A DNA stretch of 64,000 nt from Eledone cirrhosa (GCA_964016885.1 OZ024762.1:25854001-25918000), one strand, 5' to 3'. Shown: positions 1 through 11,782, numbered from the stretch's first letter. Program-made: numbers and translations. Notes: a model not told the origin generated them from the sequence alone.

Positions 1-156
1 ATGTAGCGATGCCGGACTTGTTCTCCGATCTCCTCGAGGCGGTCTACTGCAACTGGAAACAGAACGGGAGAATTCCCAGTTCTGTGACCAAGGGCGTAGT
101 CACGCTGGTGAGGAAGGACGAGAACAAGGGGGATGACATAGATAACTTCAGGCCCC
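1..156 (+). mobile_element. Non-LTR retrotransposon (L1/Tx1-like) RT N-terminal fragment, truncated
   Basis: Translation ...GRIPSSVTKGVVTLVRKDENKGDDIDNFRP matches the P..W..G.I.LI.K......N(Y/F)RPI motif preceding LINE RT; cut off by a fold-back element at ~157. Confidence 0.7.
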
Positions 157-408
157 AAAATACGGTGATATATCACCGTATTTTTTTACTAAAGTAATTT
201 TAACCTGATAGTGGGGTTTAGAACCCTCAGAGAAATGGAAAAAGATTAGTATTGGCGTAGATGGGAGTCAATACTCATCTTTTTCCATTTCTCTGGGGGT
301 TCTAAACCCCACTATCAGGCTAAAATTTCTTTAGTCAAAAAATACGGTGAAAGCTTCTCTTTTCTAATTTCAAACTTGCTCGCTGTTTCAAAACATACTT
401 ACTTGTCA
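157..408. repeat. Fold-back element (arms 173-255 / 268-350, unique tail to ~408) ending in (TA)n
   Basis: Near-perfect inverted repeat; same family in opposite orientation at 46812-47051. Confidence 0.8.
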
Positions 409-561
409 TATATATATATATATATATATATGCAAAAGCTGTATTTAAATTGTTGGGATACAACAAGTAAATATTTTTATAACTGATATAAAGCACTCGA
501 CAAGTATTTGAAGTAGATATACGATATTAATAAATGGAAACTATATTTATAAAACCATATT

Positions 562-626
562 TATTTCATTATACATATTTCAAGGATACCAAGTTAAATT
601 ATGGTATGCCTTCATCAGAAAAAATA
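562..626 (-). ncRNA. Type I hammerhead ribozyme (family A)
   Basis: Reverse complement has CUGAUGA-stem II-GAAA-uaugua-UA with flanking helix I. Confidence 0.7.
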
Positions 627-772
627 CAATATATATCAGTTTTACAAATAAGCATTGACGTACCCTTTCAAAATGGAGGACATCAGGATAGACTATCCTG
701 ATGTCCTTCAAAAGTAATGGTCGCATTTTGAAAGGGTACGTCAATGCTTATTTGTAAAACTGATATATATTG

Positions 773-837
773 TATTTTGTCTGATGAAGGCATACCATAA
801 TTTAATTTGGTATCCTTGAAATATGTATAATGAAATA
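773..837 (+). ncRNA. Type I hammerhead ribozyme (family A)
   Basis: tattttgt CTGATGA aggcatacca..tggtatcctt GAAA tatgta TA atgaaata; helix I, stem II, self-complementary stem III. Confidence 0.8.
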
Positions 838-876
838 AATATGGTTTTATAAATATAGTTTCCATTTATTAATATC

Positions 877-940
<64 letters not shown>

Positions 941-1314
941 ATAATAATATATTCATGTGTGTACGTATGAGTGTATTAATGTATGTATATATGTATACAT
1001 ATATACATACATAAGAACGTAACTCAGGAAAGTGGGATAACATCGACATAAAACATGTGCCTCAGTTGTTACCGATGATGTTGATCTTTTCTTCGTTTCG
1101 GGTTATAGCTACTGTCGCTCAGAGAGTGGGATTGGCTCAGTGCACAGTCTTTCCTCACTTTAAATAAAATCTTCACGCACAGGCATTGAACGATGGAATT
1201 AATTAATAATTATTAATAATGTTATATTGTGCAATGGCCATACTTGATAACGAGGGGACAGTCATCATGTATCTATGTATATATATATATGTATGTGTGT
1301 GTGTGTACGTGTAT

Positions 1315-1418
<104 letters not shown>

Positions 1419-1974
1419 CATTATTCCACATTGCCAGACATAAACTGCAATTCGAAATCACAATCAATCTGTTGCACAGCTCTCCTAACCTGTCCTGATC
1501 TTTAAAGTGTAAGGACCTTTTATTTTACACACAAATGCACGAAGCTACCACGCCTTCTGCACGTGACATTCGACTATCGGAATATCTGAGGCATATTATT
1601 GCAGGATCAATCAAATTTAAATGCACTGTTGGCAAATAATATTTCGATATCTTTACGTATAATTTAGGCTTCTGTATTATCTAAATCTTCCCAACTTCAA
1701 CGATTTCGTTATGCTGTAAAAGGAAAGTCGGTTCCTATTCAATATAATTCAGCTTCTAATAAAACATAGATTCTATCCTATTAAGTATACCTTTTCAGCC
1801 GTTTGGAAACACAACTCTTAACGGATACATCAGTAAGGAATCAAAACAGAATCATTTCTATGAAGGTTATGACTGAATAATGAATATAGCATAGCCAAGG
1901 TATTGAACCACTTAATATGTATTTCTATATTTCATTCAGACGAACAGAAAATAAAACACACACACACGCATATA

Positions 1975-2352
1975 TATATTAATAAATGGAAACTATATTT
2001 ATAAAACCATAATTATTTTATTATATATATTTCAAGGGCAATCAAGGTAATTTTGGTGCGCTTTCATCGGATAAAATACAAAATATGTTTTATAAATGTT
2101 GACATACCCGTAGAAAAACAACCTTAACGGTTGAAGGTTCGCTGGATGCTTTGTATTGTATCTGATGAAAGCGCACCAAAATTAACTTGGTTGCCCTTGA
2201 AATATATATAATAAAATAATTATGGTTTTATAAATATAGTTTCCATTTATTAATATATTGAATATTTACTCCAGTAACTGTTGAGTGCTTTATATCAGTT
2301 ATAAAACTTTTAAGTTTGTTGAATCCCAACAAATTAAATATAACTTCTGCAT
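1975..2352. mobile_element. Family A fold-back insertion with HHRs at 2014-2078 (-, core CCGAUGA) and 2154-2218 (+)
   Basis: Inverted arms homologous to 430-878; short TA tracts on both sides. Confidence 0.8.
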
Positions 2353-2575
2353 ATATATATAAACTAAATAGTTTCTGGAAGGGAGTAAATATATTTTCCG
2401 AAAAAACATATTGAAAATCATTCCGTCATCAGGAAAGTCTTTTTCCGTGTAAGTCTCCAGGCATAGCGAGGACTCTGGAAACTTATTGAAAAAATAATTC
2501 AGTGGAAAGGAAATAGCGAAGCGTGGACTGGATTCCTTAGTAAGTAAGTTAATTTTATAATTTTCTTATTTTACG

Positions 2576-2700
<125 letters not shown>

Positions 2701-2797
2701 CATATACCTATATACATATATAAGTAAAAGCGACGACGTTTCGTTTACATCAATTCATTTACATTTATATATACATATATATATATATATGTACATG

Positions 2798-2840
<43 letters not shown>

Positions 2841-2977
2841 CGTAAAATAAGAAAATTATAAAATTAACTTACTTACTAAGGAATCCAGTCCACGCTTCGC
2901 TATTTCCTTTCCACTGAATTATTTTTTTAATAAGTTTCCAGAGCCCTCGCTATGCCTGGAGACTTACACGGAAAAAG

Positions 2978-3060
2978 ACTTTCCTGACGACGGAATGATT
3001 TTCAATATGTTTCTTCGGAAAATATATTTACTCCATTCCAGAAACTAATTAGTTGGAAGT
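2978..3060 (+). ncRNA. Type I hammerhead ribozyme (family B, CUGACGA)
   Basis: actttc CTGACGA cggaatg..c-ttcg-g..cattcca GAAA ctaattag TT ggaagt. Confidence 0.75.
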
Positions 3061-3502
3061 GATTTTTTAGTAAGTAAGTTAATTTTATAATTTTCTTATT
3101 TTACGTCTCTCATATTATTGTTCTGCAACCCCATGCATTGAACCACAATGTTAATAAAACAAAACCTATATATTTGTTAGCATTGATATGCATCTGTGTG
3201 TATATAAATGTTACTAGATATAAATTCCTTATAATTATCTCCAATTCATTTGTCGAGCAATATTTGGCCATGACTGCTACTCTGGTAGTAGGCTGGCCGC
3301 TGTCTTATTAACCACTCGCTTTCCACTGATTGACCTCGATGTCACGTGATTGATTCTTTTTGAATTTGCCACAGACGTAGAGGTAGTGATTTTCTCAATG
3401 GCTAGGAATCCAGTCCACGCTTCGCTATTTCCTTTCCACTGAATTATTTTTGTAATAAGTTTCCAGAGTCCTCGCTATGCCTGGAGACTTACACGGAAAA
3501 AG

Positions 3503-3585
3503 ACTTTCCTGATGACGGAATGATTTTCAATATGTTTCTTCGGAAAATATATTTACTCCATTCCAGAAACTAATTAGTTGGAAGT
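3503..3585 (+). ncRNA. Type I hammerhead ribozyme (family B, CUGAUGA)
   Basis: Helix I actttc/ggaagt; stem II ggaatg/cattcc capped by a cUUCGg hairpin; palindromic stem III actaattagt. Confidence 0.8.
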
Positions 3586-3751
3586 GATTTTTTAGTAAGT
3601 AAGTTAATTTTATAATTTTCTTATTTTACGTCTCTCATATTATTGTTCTGCAACCCCATGCATTGAACCACAATGTTAATAAGACAAAACCTATATATTT
3701 GCTCGCATTGATATGCATCTGTGTGTATATAAATGTTACTAGATATAAATT

Positions 3752-3840
<89 letters not shown>

Positions 3841-3842
<2 letters not shown>

Positions 3843-4345
3843 TTATTCCGGGTTGAATTGGAGGTAACCACAGTAAGTAAGGTACTTAATAAATAGCAGA
3901 GTATAACATTTTCATATAGAAGAGCTTCTACAGGACTAGAACTGTTCATTTGTCAGAAATCATCAGGGAGCTGGCTGTCCAAATAAGTGGTAGTATTTAT
4001 AGCTTTCCTTTTCTGGTGGTAGGAGAGGGTGGAGATTGGGATGGGTGGAGGTCCTTGGTTGAAGGATTTAAAGAAAAGGGAGTTCATTCAAAGCTAATAC
4101 TTTAAATCTATAGTATTAACAAAGGCAGAAAAAATACTGTAAACAAATTCAAAATTGGAATACCAATCCTAGTTTATCACATAGACTAACAATGACTGTA
4201 AGACAGGCGTCTACAGGATGGTAGGGGTTCAATGGTTTAAAGAAAGGGGAAATTCTTTAGAAGCTAATTCTTTAAGGCTGGAATAAGGGGGACAAAGGCA
4301 GAAAGGGTTCATTCAACAGATTCAAGTGTTGGGGTGAACCCCCTT
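3841..4345 (-). mobile_element. PLE pseudo-LTR-like fragment, family E, with degenerate HHR at 3923-3972
   Basis: Homologous to 14341-14520 in opposite orientation; agctcc CUGAUGA..GAA-cag..cug UA gaagct, lacking one A. Confidence 0.6.
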
Positions 4346-4850
4346 ATTGTGAAGATTCACTTAATATATATTCCAGGTGTCGACAAGCACATTCACACAC
4401 TCGCCCACTTACACACGTACACACACATACACGCACACACAGGCAGGCACACACACAACAAACATACATAATGGTAGATAAACACATACATATATACAAA
4501 TATATACATACACATATACATACATACGCATATAGATATATATATATCACCTAAGAGAAGATTAGTCTACGACCTCTTTTATACCATAAACGTGGTTCTG
4601 TCTTTGCGCGTAATTGTTTTTCACCGCTCCTATTAATGACGTATTATATTCGTTTTTCCCGTTCTTTGCCAGCGAACGTTTCCACGAACCAAAGTATCGT
4701 CTTCCTGTCTTCCTCCGGTTGCAACGTTTTTTGAAATATCCACTTCTGCGTTTAGAGATTGACTTTGTTAGTTTCAGAAGATCCCGTTAAGGGTGAAAGC
4801 AGCGATTCTTTGCTTAAACTTTCATCTGTTATTTTAATAAATAAATATAT

Positions 4851-4920
<70 letters not shown>

Positions 4921-4923
<3 letters not shown>

Positions 4924-5183
4924 AGATCAAAAGATGGTTAAATGAGTTCCATATATTTTATTATGCGCATTTCAAAAACAAATATCATCATGCAATAATA
5001 TTTGTGTTTTCATCAGATAAAACAGGAGAACATGATATGAAGGCTAAAAAACACTTGTGGATAGTGCAGTTTTAAATCAACATATGAAAAGTGGTTTTAG
5101 ATAGATGTGTGATATTGGGAAAAATATTTTATTTAGAGATATCTGCATTGCTTTATTGTACTACAATAAAACTCACCTCCTAC

Positions 5184-5185
<2 letters not shown>
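4921..5185. mobile_element. Family C fold-back remnant with HHR at 4956-5022 (-)
   Basis: Reverse complement ttttat CTGATGA aaacacaaatatt..atatttgttttt GAAA tgcgca TA ataaaa; same family at 12892-13315 and 46404-46577. Confidence 0.8.
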
Positions 5186-5231
<46 letters not shown>

Positions 5232-5351
5232 GATAGACATAGAATATTCGAAAATATTCTGTATGTTTATAATAAACATTTTGAAGACCTAATCGCTATA
5301 GAATAGAATACGTCACGTATTACAATTAGATTCTCGATAAAAGCAAGGGAA

Positions 5352-5394
5352 GTAACCTACGCGTTTCATTCTTATTAGAAATCTTCAGGATTAC
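5352..5394 (-). ncRNA. Minimal type I hammerhead ribozyme, monomer 1
   Basis: gtaatc CTGAAGA tttctaataagaat GAAA cgcg TA ggttac; helix I extended by 16-bp perfect IR 5330-5345 / 5403-5418. Confidence 0.85.
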
Positions 5395-5661
5395 ATATCC
5401 AGTGCTTTTATCGAGAATGACACAGCTAGAGACTTATAGAATACTTAGCTGTGTACAGGAACTGGTTTGAAAGAGCGGTTGCCGGTCCGGCAGAAATTAG
5501 AAATTGGATTAAATGCTCTGAAATAGCGATATATATGTGAAGATAGACATAGAATATTCGAAAATATTCTGTATGTTTATAATAAACATTTTGAAGACCT
5601 AATCGCTATAGAATAGAATACGTCACGTATTACAATTAGATTCTCGATAAAAGCAAGGGAA

Positions 5662-5704
5662 GTAACCTACGCGTTTCATTCTTATTAGAAATCTTCAGGA
5701 TTAC
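5662..5704 (-). ncRNA. Minimal type I hammerhead ribozyme, monomer 2
   Basis: Same sequence as 5352-5394, +310. Confidence 0.85.
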
Positions 5705-5971
5705 ATATCCAGTGCTTTTATCGAGAATGACACAGCTAGAGACTTATAGAATACTTAGCTGTGTACAGGAACTGGTTTGAAAGAGCGGTTGCCGGTCCGG
5801 CAGAAATTAGAAATTGGATTAAATGCTCTGAAATAGCGATATATATGTGAAGATAGACATAGAATATTCGAAAATATTCTGTATGTTTATAATAAACATT
5901 TTGAAGACCTAATCGCTATAGAATAGAATACGTCACGTATTACAATTAGATTCTCGATAAAAGCAAGGGAA

Positions 5972-6014
5972 GTAACCTACGCGTTTCATTCTTATTAGAA
6001 ATCTTCAGGATTAC
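5972..6014 (-). ncRNA. Minimal type I hammerhead ribozyme, monomer 3
   Basis: Same sequence, +620. Confidence 0.85.
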
Positions 6015-6281
6015 ATATCCAGTGCTTTTATCGAGAATGACACAGCTAGAGACTTATAGAATACTTAGCTGTGTACAGGAACTGGTTTGAAAGAGCGGTT
6101 GCCGGTCCGGCAGAAATTAGAAATTGGATTAAATGCTCTGAAATAGCGATATATATGTGAAGATAGACATAGAATATTCGAAAATATTCTGTATGTTTAT
6201 AATAAACATTTTGAAGACCTAATCGCTATAGAATAGAATACGTCACGTATTACAATTAGATTCTCGATAAAAGCAAGGGAA

Positions 6282-6324
6282 GTAACCTACGCGTTTCATT
6301 CTTATTAGAAATCTTCAGGATTAC
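6282..6324 (-). ncRNA. Minimal type I hammerhead ribozyme, monomer 4
   Basis: Same sequence, +930. Confidence 0.85.
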
Positions 6325-6530
6325 ATATCCAGTGCTTTTATCGAGAATGACACAGCTAGAGACTTATAGAATACTTAGCTGTGTACAGGAACTGGTTTGA
6401 AAGAGCGGTTGCCGGTCCGGCAGAAATTAGAAATTGGATTAAATGCTCTGAAATAGCGATATATATGTGAAGATAGACATAGAATATTCGAAAATATTCT
6501 GTATGTTTATAATAAACATTTTGAAGACCT

Positions 6531-7260
6531 TTTGATTTGTCCATGTGTATTTTTCTCAACCTGATTAGTTCTATCGTTCCTTTGGTATATATTGTGTGTT
6601 AGTTTAGCCTACCACAATGTTCGATTTGTCAAGCTATTTAAACGTATGTTATAACTCTGAGACCTATCTTATCGAGTGCTTTGCTAACTCATCACTTCAC
6701 ATAAGTAGGCCGAATTTACTTGCAAACCGCCAGAGATTCGATTTTACTGATTTCCAATTATATTAATCTCCTAGATTTAATAACTAACCAATTAATTTAA
6801 TTGGAAAATTCTGTTGATTGGTTAATTATTTGTGTTAGTTTTATAACATCTAGTCGAGAGCTTATCATGATGATTAGCGGATATTAAAATATTTCCATTC
6901 GCTAGCATTTGAATTGACCCGCCAAAAACCGGGGGTTATTTCCCTTGCCGGAATTAACACGTGATAACTATAGACACGATTAGCAGCCATACGAGCGGCA
7001 ACATATTTTATCACTCTTGGTTCTAAGCAGAACGAAAACCTGTTGATAAACTGAGTCCTCTGTTCAGTCACCAATACCACGATCTTGCCATTCAAGTAAG
7101 TCTGATATTTGATTTCGGATTCAGAGAAATACTTTAAACGTATGCTCGTTTGATTTGTCCAGGTGTATTTTTCTCAACCTGATTAGTTCTATCGTTCCTT
7201 TGGTATATATTGTGTGTTAGATTCGCCTACTACAATGTTCGATTTGCCAAACCACTGCCC
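6531..7260. repeat. Segment bounded by a ~100-bp direct repeat (6531-6635 / 7149-7252), ending at a TA tract
   Basis: tttgatttgtcc..ttcgatttg recurs with ~618-bp period. Confidence 0.7.
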
Positions 7261-7271
7261 TATATATATAT

Positions 7272-7390
7272 AATAATACAATTAGTTAGCACCCGAACGT
7301 TTAATTAGGAATATACTCAGGTATTTCCTAATGTTTGTTGAGTGAGCTGGAATTTGGCCGGAGTATCGCTTTTAGCTTTCTCCGATTATG

Positions 7391-7398
<8 letters not shown>
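7272..7398. repeat. Short dispersed repeat (family F) between TA tracts
   Basis: Reverse-complement copy at 46651-46772. Confidence 0.7.
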
Positions 7399-7450
<52 letters not shown>

Positions 7451-7509
7451 CATAAATATACACACACACAAATATCTATACATATATACATACATATATA
7501 TATATATAA

Positions 7510-10500
7510 ATTAATAAAAACAATTAAATAAAAACAAAGAACAAGTTCCTTATATTAAACGATTCATCATTTTACGATCGTTTCTAGGATGTATATGTGG
7601 TTTGGTATGTATATCATGTAGATCTATGTAAAAATATTACAAATTATCAGAGGAAATATACATACCTTCACATATACATGCTGTCTTCAGAAATGATGAG
7701 ATTTGTTTATTGAAAAAAACCAACAAAGATTTAATATAAAAGGTCTCTTTGGGAACGGGTTTTGAATTGACCAATAGAAAAGTAGTTAGAGGTCAAGTTG
7801 ATAGAATAGTGGTAGTAGAGATTTAATTTAGAGGAGTGCAGACTTATGTTTTGAATGAAAAGAATACTTTCAATGAAAAGAATACTTTGGGGGTGAAAAG
7901 AGGTCAAACCAGTGAAGGGTACACGAAAATTTGATGTTATTAAAGAATAATGTTAAAATCGAAGGAAAATAACATTTAAGGGTAAGGGTATTAGTGAGAA
8001 ATACCAATCTTATTTAAACCACAAGGAATTAAATTAATTGATAGGTATACTTATAAGGATACATTTATATTAATTCATATGAATGTGATAAATAAGAATT
8101 AGATGTTATTAAAGAGTGTTGTTAAAAAACGAAGGAAAGTAAAATTTCGGGATAAGGCTAGTAGTGAGAAATACCAATCTCATATAAACTACAAGGAATC
8201 TAGATTCATAACAGGAAATTAAATTAATTTATAGGTATACTTTTAGGTATTAATTTTAGGAAAAGAGAGCTGTAAGAGGGAAATAAAATTATGAAGTTCT
8301 CTGTAGTAAAATACTAATTATAGGTTAACTAAATTTTAAAAAATAATTATAATAATATCTAAAATATGTGTAAGGTGTATATTAATTAGGTTTATAATAT
8401 TTGAATGTTTTTCTAATTCTATGATTGCAAGATATAATTAATTCCTGACGTTTATTTAATAGGATATCTTTAGATTTCATGATTTCAAAAAGTTCCTGGG
8501 AGCATAACCTAAACTCGTATCTGTTATTTTGATAAGGGGTGGCCCTTTTGAGCACACTCCAGGTCAGGTTGTAATCGATATTCTTCTTTCTATAATTATT
8601 TATTGATTCAGCCAAGGATGTTGTAATAGCTAATGCAGCATTTTTAAAACTATGTTTGTTGGTATTAAATCTTACTTTAAATTGGTTAGACGTAGCTCCT
8701 ATATATGAATAAGTGGAGTCCTTGGTGCTAATTTTACATTTATAGACTATGTTATTAATAAGACAATTTCCCTTTGATGGGCAATTTCTTTTGATTCTAC
8801 AGTTACAACCATTCGTGAATATTATATCAGGGAGTTGGTCAAATTTGGTATGGAATTTACTCGACTTGTTGAAGGAGATGGTGGTTTGTTGCGGTTTATT
8901 TTAGTATTATGGTGGGTTTGATGTGTTGGTGGTATATGTGTGGGGTTTTTTAAACATTTATATGCGTTGTACGCACTTATATTTTGTTGTATAGTTTTGG
9001 TAGTGGAGTAAATTTGACAGTTGATCTATTTAAAATTTGATGGCATTTATGGTTTGGCGGGAAGTTTTTCTCTAGGATAGTAAAAAAAAAATTAAGGATA
9101 TTATCTTTAATTTGTAGATTAAAGGGAGCATTATACCAAGTAACCCGTCTATTACGGTTTCGATATTGTTTTTTATATTTATACGATGTATCAGGATGTT
9201 TACTAAGAGAGTTATTATTAGTGAATTTATTATATATAGGTTTAGTTAGATTAACTGATTTAGGTATTTTAGTCTGATTACTAGGAATTTTGTTAGTAAT
9301 GTTGTTAACATATATTGGAGTATTAAGATGAATGGTTTTTTGAAAGTCATTAGATTTTATGTGAGAAGAGGTAGAGAAATTAAGTTTTAGGTTGGTATTT
9401 TGGGGTGTAGTGTGAGTGGCATTCAGGTGTGGGTTTTTAATTTGGTGTTTGTTGGTAATATTGGGTTGTATGTTTGAAGTATTATTGGTGTAAGGTATAT
9501 AGACTAATTTATTTTTGTGGCTGCTTCTAGCTAAAGCTTCGTTATAAAAGGGTGCGTTTTTATCGAATACATCCTGGTTAGATGAAAGGTTAGAGATTCT
9601 GAGTGAGATATTATATGCTAGGTTTTTAAGGATAGATCTAGGGTAATTGGATTGTAAGTGTATGTAACGTAAGTTTTGGTTAGGTTTATGGTAAGGTTGG
9701 TAGATACCCGTAGATAGGTCTAAAGTTATATCTAGGAAATTAACTACTTTACTTGTGTTTTCAAATGTAATACTGAGATTGTAATAGTCTTTGAGGAAAG
9801 TTCTAATAAGTTTTTTTTTTTTTTTCAATTTCTGATAGGCTAAGATTAGTGGAAAGAAGAAGACAGTCATCACAATATAAACCACCTTTAAGGTGGGGAA
9901 AAGATGAATTAATGTTAAATAAAAGAAAGAGGCCCACAAGATCCATAGTAATGTCGAAGAGATTACTATATGTATTTCTGGTTCAGTATTCTTTCTGAAA
10001 TTCCAGTAGTGTTTGTCTAGAGTCCGTGATAAAGTTAATGTCATCCATAGTTAAGTTTGATCTATTTTTTGCAAATATTAAGGCTTTGTTCAGGAGTATG
10101 GGTGATATAGAGGAATAATAAGCATCTATATCAAATTGTAGAAATGAAGCTGATGATTTATTTCTAATATTAGGAAACCAGTTAATTACTTGGGATGTGT
10201 TTTCCCAGAGTGGTAAATTAACGTGTTTTCTTAATTGTGGGATGATTCTATCTAAAACGTTTTTTACTAATGATGCCAATGTCAGACTTAAAAGGGCATA
10301 TAAGTCTTATAGAAGGATTAGAGTTAAAGTTAGATTTGTGATCTTTCAGGTTAAAGTGTGGTTTTTTTCAGTGCCAAATGTTCAGTTCTGTCTTCAATAT
10401 TGAGTTTATTTCCTATGTTGTATGTTTTGTTGTTGATATTGGTAAGAGCCACATTTTATGTTTTTTGTAATTTTTCCTGAGTTCTTTACAAATGAACTCA

Positions 10501-10537
10501 TTGTAATTATCAATATCTATGTGGTATAGATTTCCAG
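7510..10537 (-). mobile_element. Penelope-like element, 5'-truncated and frameshifted, RT plus C-terminal GIY-YIG (Hydra-clade-like)
   Basis: ORF pieces 9983-10279 (FLQFDIDAYYSSI), 8977-10044 (VNFLDITLDL, PYHKPN, VTWYNAPFN), CNCRIKRNCP..IVYKC..YIGATSNQFKVRF at ~8660-8810, and 8382-8615 (WSVLKRA..LLNKRQE..CNH); clade label from recalled motif pattern. Confidence 0.85.
7564..7699 (-). ncRNA. Type I hammerhead ribozyme with ~99-nt stem II
   Basis: tcatcattt CTGAAGA [long hairpin] GAAA cgatcg TA aaatgatga; 9-bp helix I. Confidence 0.8.
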
Positions 10538-11660
10538 GAACTTTTTGAAATCATGAAATCAAAGGATATCCTATTATATAAGCGACAGGAATTAATTATA
10601 TCTTGCAATCATAGAATTAGAAAAACATTCAAATATTATAAACCTAATTAATATACACCTTACACTTATATTTTACATATTATTATAATTATTTTTTTTA
10701 GTTTAGTTAACCTATAATTAGTACTTTACTACAGAGAACTTCATAATTTTATTTCCCTCTTACAGCTCTCTTTTCCTAAAATTAATACCTAAGAGTATAC
10801 CTATAAATTAATTTAATTTCCTGTTATGAATCTAGATTCCTTGTAGTTTATATAAGATTGGTATTTCTCACTCCTACCCTTATCCCAAAATTTTACTTTC
10901 CTTCGTTTTTTAACAACATTCTTTAATGACATCTAATTCTTATTTATCACATCCATATGAATTAATATAAATTTATCGTTATAAGTATACCTATCAATTA
11001 ATTTAATTTCTTGTTATAGATCTAGATTCCTTGTGGTTTAAATAAGACTGGTATTTCTCACTGATACCCTTACCCTAAAATTTTATTTTCCTTCGTTTTT
11101 AACATTATTCTTTAATAACATCAAATTTTCGTGTACCCTTCACTGGCTTGACCTCTTTTCATCCCCAAAGTATTCTTTTCATTCAAAACGTAAGTCTGAA
11201 CTCCTCTACTTCTAAATTACATCTCTACTACCACTATTCTATCAACTTGACCTCTAACTACTTTTCTATTGGTCATTCAAAACCTGTTCCCAAACAGACC
11301 TTTTATATTAAATCTTTGTTGGCTTTTTTCAATAAACAAATCTCATCATTTCCGAAGACAGCATGTATATGTGAAGGTATGTATATTTGCTCTGATAATT
11401 TGTAATATTTTTACATAGATCTACATGATATATATACCAACACACATATACATCCTTAAAACGATCGTAAAATGATGAATTTTTTAATATAAGGAACTTG
11501 TTATTTTTTTCATTATATTTTTTTTAGTAATTTATCTTGACTCTGCTTTCCTATGATTTTCATCGAAAATTTTTGAATGCATCTTCTCTTTTCATGATAT
11601 TTGGATTACATTAAGTTCTTCATCCTGATTGGACACTACCGTATATTTTGGTAGATTTAT
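10538..11660 (+). mobile_element. Inverted copy of the 3' part/pseudo-LTR of the 7510-10537 PLE; mutated HHR at 11343-11478
   Basis: 10538-11530 is the reverse complement of ~7510-8500; tail 11530-11660 matches 39260-39400. Confidence 0.85.
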
Positions 11661-11782
11661 CTATATATATATATATATATGCATATATACACGCACATAC
11701 ACACATACAAACATGCACTTACATATATACATATATATATACATAAACATATATATATACATATATACATATACCCACACAC

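Larger units (their letters stand above)
430..878. mobile_element. PLE pseudo-LTR-like fold-back insertion, family A, flanked by (TA)n
   Basis: Inverted arms ~520-675 / ~725-878, each with a type I HHR; other copies at 1975-2352 and 34428-34790. Confidence 0.8.
5229..6530 (-). mobile_element. Tandem array, 4.2 x 310 bp, one type I HHR per monomer (non-LTR retrozyme-like)
   Basis: Unit starts at 5229, 5539, 5849, 6159, 6469; copies look identical; no credible ORF; HHRs at 5352, 5662, 5972, 6282. Confidence 0.85.

Noticed and set aside
4548-4830. Possible minus-strand host exon (aataacag acceptor-like site, non-repetitive sequence)
   Set aside because: All frames hit stops, no recognisable domain, and a similar 20-mer occurs at ~43065
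5229-6530. CRISPR array or plain satellite
   Set aside because: No unique spacers and eukaryotic context; the HHR per unit fits a retrozyme-like element better
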